DNA from: Eledone cirrhosa
Lineage: Eukaryota
Length of the DNA stretch: 64,000 nucleotides
Direction of reading: 5' to 3'
Assembly (NCBI GenBank): GCA_964016885.1
Contig: OZ024743.1
Coordinates: 55,614,001-55,678,000 of the forward strand
Part shown: positions 58,001-64,000 of the stretch, one piece after another
Position numbering within the stretch: the first letter of the stretch is position 1
Layout: each line of letters opens with the position of its first letter
Program-made: the position numbers and the translations under genes
Notes under the pieces: model-generated
The model's database searches: none
Told to the model about the DNA's origin: nothing
What the model saw: the letters and a program-made list of their open reading frames with translations, nothing else

Positions 58001-61000
58001 CCTGGTGTTGTTGCTGTTGTTGTTTGTGTTGATGATACTTTAGCTGAGTATGTCCTGGTGTTGCTGTTGTTGTTTGTGTTGATGATGCTTTAGCTGAGTA
58101 TGTCCTGGTGTTGTTGCTGTTGTTGTTTGTGTTGATGATGCTTTAGCTGAGTATGTCCTGGTTTTGTTGTTGTTGTTGTTTGTGTTGATGATGCTTTAGC
58201 TGAGTATGTCCTGGTGTTGTTGCTGTTGTTGTTTGTGTTGATGATGCTTTAGCTGAGTATGTCCTGGTGTTGTTGCTGTTGTTGTTTGTGTTGATGATGC
58301 TTTAGCTGAGTATGTCCTGGGGTTGTTGCTGTTGTTCTTTGTGTTGATCATGCTTTAGCTGAGTATGTCCTGGTGTTGTTGCTGTTGTTGATTGTGTTGA
58401 TGATGCTTTAGCTGAGTATGTCTTGGTGTTGTTGTTGTTGTTGTTTATGTTGATGATGCTTTATCTGAGTATGTCCTGGTGTTGTTGATGTTGTTGTTTG
58501 TGTTGATGATGCTTTAGCTGAGTAAGTCCTGGTGTTGTTGTTGTTGTTGTTGTTTGTGTTGATGATGCTTTAGCTGAGTATGTCCTGGTGTTGTTGCTGT
58601 TGTTGTTTGTGTTGATGATGCTTTAGCTGAGTATGTCCTGGTGTTGTTGCTGTTGTTGATTGTGTTGATGATGCTTTAGCTGAGTATGTCCTGGTGTTGT
58701 TGTTGTTGTTGTTTGTGTTGAAGATGCTTTAGCTGAGTATGTCCTGGTGTTGTTGCTGTTGTTGTTTGTGTTGATGATGCTTTTGCTGAGTATGTCCTGG
58801 TGTTGTTGCTGTTGTTGTTTGTGTTGATGATGCTTTTGCTGAGTATGTCCTGGTGTTGTTGCTGTTGTTGTTTGTGTTGATGATGCTTTAGCTGAGTATG
58901 TCCTGGTGTTGTTGCTGTTGTTGTTTGTGTTGATGATGCTTTAGCTGAGTATGTCCTGGTGTTGTTGCTGTTGTTGATTGTGTTGATGATGCTTTAGCTG
59001 AGTATGTCCTGGTGTTGTTGTTGTTGTTGTTTGTGTTGAAGATGCTTTAGCTGAGTATGTCCTGGTGTTGTTGCTGTTGTTGTTTGTGTTGATGATGCTT
59101 TTGCTGAGTATGTCCTGGTGTTGTTGCTGTTGTTGTTTGTGTTGATGATGCTTTAGCTGAGTATGTCCTGGTGTTGTTGCTGTTGTTGTTTGTGTTGATG
59201 ATGCTTTTGCTGAGTATGTCCTGGTGTTGTTACTGTTGTTGTTTGTGTTGATGATGCTTTAGCTGAGTATGTCCTGGTGTTGTTGTTGTTGTTGTTTGTG
59301 TTGAAGATGCTTTGGCTGAGTATGTCCTGGTGTTGTTGTTGTTGTTGTTTGTGTTGATGATGCTTTAGCTGAGTATGTCCTGGTGTTGTTGCTGTTGTTG
59401 TTTGTGTTGATGATGCTTTAGCTGAGTATGTCCTGGTGTTGTTGCTGTTGTTGTTTGTGTTGATGATGCTTTAGCTGAGTATGTCCTGGTGTTGTTGCTG
59501 TTGTTGTTTGTGTTGATGATGCTTTAGCTGAGTATGTCCTGGTGTTGTTGCTGTTGTTGTTTGTGTTGATGATGCTTTAGCTGAGTATGTCCTGGTGTTG
59601 TTGTTGTTGTTGTTTGTGTTGATGATGCTTTAGCTGAGTATGTCCTGGTGTTGTTACTGTTGTTGTTTGTGTTGATGATGCTTTAGCTGAGTATGTCCTG
59701 GGGTTGTTGCTGTTGTTCTTTGTGTTGATGATGCTTTAGCTGAGTATGTCCTGGTGTTGTTGCTGTTGTTGTTTGTGTTGATGATGGTTTAGCTGAGTAT
59801 GTCCCGATGTTGTTGTTGTTTGTGTTGATGATGCTTTAGCTGAGTATGTCCTGGTGTTGTTGCTGTTGTTGATTGTGTTGATGATGCTTTAGCTGAGTAT
59901 GTCTTGGTGTTGTTGTTGTTGTTGTTTATGTTGATGATGCTTTATCTGAGTATGTCCTGGTGTTGTTGATGTTGTTGTTTGTGTTGATGATGCTTTAGCT
60001 GAGTAAGTCCTGGTGTTGTTGTTGTTGTTGTTGTTTGTGTTGATGATGCTTTAGCTGAGTATGTCCTGGTGTTGTTGCTGTTGTTGTTTGTGTTGATGAT
60101 GCTTTAGCTGAGTATGTCCTGGTGTTGTTGCTGTTGTTGATTGTGTTGATGATGCTTTAGCTGACTATGTCCTGGTGTTGTTACTGTTGTTGTTTGTGTT
60201 GATGATGCTTTAGCTGAGTATGTCCTGGTGTTGTTGTTGTTGTTGTTTGTGTTGAAGATGCTTTAGCTGAGTATGTCCTGGTGTTGTTGCTGTTGTTGTT
60301 TGTGTTGATGATGCTTTAACTGAGTATGTCCTGGTGTTGTTGCTGTTGTTGTTTGTGTTGATGATGCTTTAGCTGAGTATGTCCTGGTGTTGTTGCTGTT
60401 GTTGATTGTGTTGATGATGCTTTAGCTGAGTATGTCCTGGTGTTGTTGCTGTTGTTGTTTGTGTTGATGATGCTTTAGCTGAGTATGTCCTGGTGTTGTT
60501 GCTGTTGTTGTTTGTGTTGATGATGCTTTAGCTGAGTATGTCCTGGTGTTGTTGCTGTTGTTGTTTGTGTTGATGATGCTTTAGCTGAGTATGTCCTGGT
60601 GTTGTTGCTGTTTTTGTTTGTGTTGATGATGCTTTAGCTGAGTATGTCCTGGTGTTGTTGCTGTTGTTGTTTGTGTTGATGATGCTTTAGCTGAGTATGT
60701 CCTGGTGTTGTTGCTGTTGTTGTTTGTGTTGATGATGCTTTAGCTGAGTATGTCCTGGTGTTGTTGCTGTTGTTGTTTGTGTTGATGATGCTTTAGCTGA
60801 GTATGTCCTGGTGTTGTTGCTGTTGTTGTTTGTGTTGATGATGCTTTAGCTGAGTATGTCCTGGTGTTGTTGCTGTTGTTGTTTGTGTTGATGATGCTTT
60901 AGCTGAGTATGTCCTGGTGTTGTTGCTGTTGTTGTTTGTGTTGATGATGCTTTAGCTGAGTATGTCCTGGTGTTGTTGCTGTTGTTGTTTGTGTTGATGA

Positions 61001-64000
61001 TGCTTTAGCTGAGTATGTCCTGGTGTTGTTGCTGTTGTTGTTTGTGTTGATGATGCTTTAAGTGAGTATGTCCTGGTGTTGTTGCTGTTGTTGTTTGTGT
61101 TGATGATGCTTTAGCTGAGTATGACCTGGTGTTGTTGTTGTTGTTGTTTGTGTTGAAGATGCTTTAGCTGAGGATGTCCTGGTGTTGTTGCTGGTGTTGT
61201 TTGTGTTGATGATGCTTTAGCTGAGTATGTCCTGGTCTTGTTGATGTTGTTGATTGTGTTGATGATGCTTTAGCTGTGTATGTCCTGGTGTTGTTGCTGT
61301 TGTTGTTTGTGTTGATGATGCTTTAGCTGAGTATGTCCTGGTGTTGTTGCTGTTGTTGTTTGTGTTGATGATGCTTTAGCTGAGTATGTCCTGGTGTTGT
61401 TGTTGATGTTGTTGTTTGTGTTGATGATGCTTTAGCTGAGTATGTCCTGGTGTTGTTGCTGTTGTTGTTTGTGTTGATGATGCTTTAGCTGAATATGTCC
61501 TGGTGTTGTTGCTGTTGTTGATTGTGTTGATTGTGTTGATGATGCTTTAGCTGAGTATGTCCTGGTGTTGTTGCTGTTGTTGTTTGTGTTGATGATGCTT
61601 TAGCTGAGTATGTCCTGTTGTTGTTGTTGATGTTGTTGTTTGTGTTGATGATGCTTTAGCTGAGTATGTCCTGGTGTTGTTGCTGTTGTTGTTTGTGTTG
61701 ATGATGCTTTAGCTGAGTATGTCCTGGAGTTGTTGCTGTTGTTGTTTGTGTTGATGATGCTTTAGCTGAGTATGTCCTGGTGTTGTTGCTGTTGTTGTTT
61801 GTGTTGATGATGCTTTAGCTGAGTATGTCCTGGTGTTGTTGCTGTTGTTGTTTGTGTTGATGATGCTTTAGCTGAGTATGTCCTGGTGTTGTTGATGTTG
61901 TTGATTGTGTTGATGATGCTTTAGCTGAGTATGTCCTGGTGTTGTTCTGTTGTTGTTTGTGTTGATGATGCTTTAGCTGAGTATGTGGTGGTGTTGTTGT
62001 TGTTGTTTGTGTAGATGATGCTTTAGCTGAGTATGTCCTGGTGTTGTTGCTGTTGTTGTTTGTGTTGATGATGCTTTAGCTGAGTAAGTCCTGGTGTTGT
62101 TGTTGTTGTTGTTGTTTGTGTTGATGATGCTTTAGCTGAGTATGTCCTGGTTTTGTTGCTGTTGTTGTTTGTGTTGATGATGCTTTAGCTGAGTATGTCC
62201 TGGTGTTGTTGATGTTGTTGTTTGTGTTGATGATGCTTTAGCTGAGTAAGTCCTGGTGTTGTTGTTGTTGTTGTTGTTTGTGTTGATGATGCTTTAGCTG
62301 AGTATGTCCTGGTTTTGTTGCTGTTGTTGTTTGTGTTCATGATGCTTTAGCTGAGTATGTCCTGGTGTTGTTGCTGTTGTTGATTGTGTTGATGATGCTT
62401 TAGCTGTGTATGTCCTGGTGTTGTTACTGTTGTTGTTTGTGTTGATGATGCTTTAGCTGAGTATGTCCTGGTGTTGTTGTTGTTGTTGTTTGTGTTGAAG
62501 ATGCTTTAGCTGAGTATGTCCTGGTGTTGTTGCTGTTGTTGATTGTGTTGATGATGCTTTAGCTGAGTATGTCCTGGTGTTGTTGCTGGTGTTGTTTGTG
62601 TTGATGATGCCTTAGCTGAGTAAGTCCTGGTGTTGTTGCTGTTGTTGTTTGTGTTGATGATGCTTTAGCTGAGTATGTCCTGGTGTTGTTGCTGTTGTTG
62701 TTTGTGTTGATGATGCTTTAGCTGAGTATGTCCTGGTGTTGTTGATGTTGTTGATTGTGTTGATGATGCTTTAGCTGAGTATGTCCTGGTCTTGTTGCTG
62801 TTGTTGATTGTGTTGATGATGCTTTAGCTGAGTATGTCCTGGTGTTGTTGCTGTTGTTGTTTGTGTTGATGATGCTTTAGCTGAGTATGTCCTGGTGTTG
62901 TTGCTGTTGTTGTTTGTGTTGATGATGCTTTAGCTGAGTATGTCCTGGTGTTGTTGATGTTGTTGATTGTGTTGATGATGCTTTAGCTGAGTATGTCCTG
63001 GTGTTGTTGCTGTTGTTGTTTGTGTTGATGATGCTTTAGCTGAGTATGTCCTGGTGTTGTTGCTGTTGTTGTTTGTGTTGATGATACTTTAGCTGAGTAT
63101 GTCCTGGTGTTGCTGTTGTTGTTTGTGTTGATGATGCTTTAGCTGAGTATGTCCTGGTGTTGTTGCTGTTGTTGTTTGTGTTGATGATGCTTTAGCTGAG
63201 TATGTCCTGGTTTTGTTGTTGTTGTTGTTTGTGTTGATGATGCTTTAGCTGAGTATGTCCTGGTGTTGTTGCTGTTGTTGTTTGTGTTGATGATGCTTTA
63301 GCTGAGTATGTCCTGGTGTTGTTGCTGTTGTTGTTTGTGTTGATGATGCTTTAGCTGAGTATGTCCTGGGGTTGTTGCTGTTGTTCTTTGTGTTGATGAT
63401 GCTTTAGCTGAGTATGTCCTGGTGTTGTTGCTGTTGTTGATTGTGTTGATGATGCTTTAGCTGAGTATGTCTTGGTGTTGTTGTTGTTGTTGTTTATGTT
63501 GATGATGCTTTATCTGAGTATGTCCTGGTGTTGTTGATGTTGTTGTTTGTGTTGATGATGCTTTAGCTGAGTAAGTCCTGGTGTTGTTGTTGTTGTTGTT
63601 GTTTGTGTTGATGATGCTTTAGCTGAGTATGTGCTGGTGTTGTTGCTGTTGTTGTTTGTGTTGATGATGCTTTAGCTGAGTATGTCCTGGTGTTGTTGCT
63701 GTTGTTGATTGTGTTGATGATGCTTTAGCTGAGTATGTCCTGGTGTTGTTACTGTTGTTGTTTGTGTTGATGATGCTTTAGCTGAGTATGTCCTGGTGTT
63801 GTTGTAGTTGTTGTTTGTGTTGAAGATGCTTTAGCTGAGTATGTCCTGGTGTTGTTGTTGTTGTTGTTTGTGTTGATGATGCTTTAGCTGAGTATGTCCT
63901 GGTGTTGTTGCTGTTGTTGTTTGTGTTGATGATGCTTTAGCTGAGTATGTCCTGGTGTTGTTGCTGTTGTTGTTTGTGTTGATGATGCTTTAGCTGAGTA
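10071..64000. repeat. 53-bp tandem satellite array, ~54 kb and about 1,000 monomers, continuing past the window end
   Basis: Consensus GCTTTAGCTGAGTATGTCCTGGTGTTGTTGCTGTTGTTGTTTGTGTTGATGAT (26 T, 17 G, 5 A, 5 C; no CpG). Head-to-tail in one orientation, with no foreign insertion seen. Length variants are mostly 41/50/56/59 bp. Confidence 0.99.

Noticed and set aside
10071-64000. CRISPR-like array (constant core alternating with a variable part)
   Set aside because: The variable parts are near-identical (GTT)n variants, not unique spacers. There are no cas genes and the context is eukaryotic.
10071-64000. Giant repetitive protein-coding exon (mucin-like or poly-Q/N/T on the minus strand), suggested by indels being mostly multiples of 3
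   Set aside because: 53 is not a multiple of 3. The minus strand hits TAA every 159 nt in each frame and the consensus has no ATG, while the plus strand has several stops per monomer. The 3-bp indels are explained by GTT/GAT slippage.
10071-64000. Hammerhead-containing satellite or tandem C/D snoRNA cluster
   Set aside because: CTGAGTA does not match CUGANGA and there is no GAAA. The box C to box D spacing of 8 nt leaves no guide region. Only the k-turn-like motif is kept, as speculation.
10071-64000. Canonical telomeric repeat
   Set aside because: G/T skew and TTTAGC are present, but there are no TTAGG or TTAGGG tandem units.

Overview
Repeat-dominated eukaryotic DNA with no supportable cellular gene. 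The microsatellite density and retroposon styles resemble a cephalopod (Octopus-like) genome; that is an inference from recalled sequence style, not a search. The first ~10 kb holds decayed retroelements among microsatellites: two fused Tx1/L1-like endonuclease fragments (1-1550, minus), tRNA-derived SINE relics (one split by a nested (GAA)-tailed insert), a 5'-truncated RTE-type LINE reverse transcriptase (6972-7955, minus), and a GC-rich island (4742-4916, minus) that folds into a hammerhead-ribozyme-like core with a very long stem II. From ~10,070 to the window end lies one ~54 kb array of about 1,000 copies of a 53-bp, 81% G+T satellite (GCTTTAGCTGAGTATGTCCTGGTGTTGTTGCTGTTGTTGTTTGTGTTGATGAT). 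Rare variants reveal layered higher-order periods of 2-5 monomers, 527 bp, ~5 kb, ~3.4 kb, 6007 bp and 5.0-5.2 kb. Half of the monomer is present verbatim in the adjacent (GGT)n tract, and each monomer junction carries a box C/D kink-turn-like motif. Most ORFs in the track are microsatellite artefacts.
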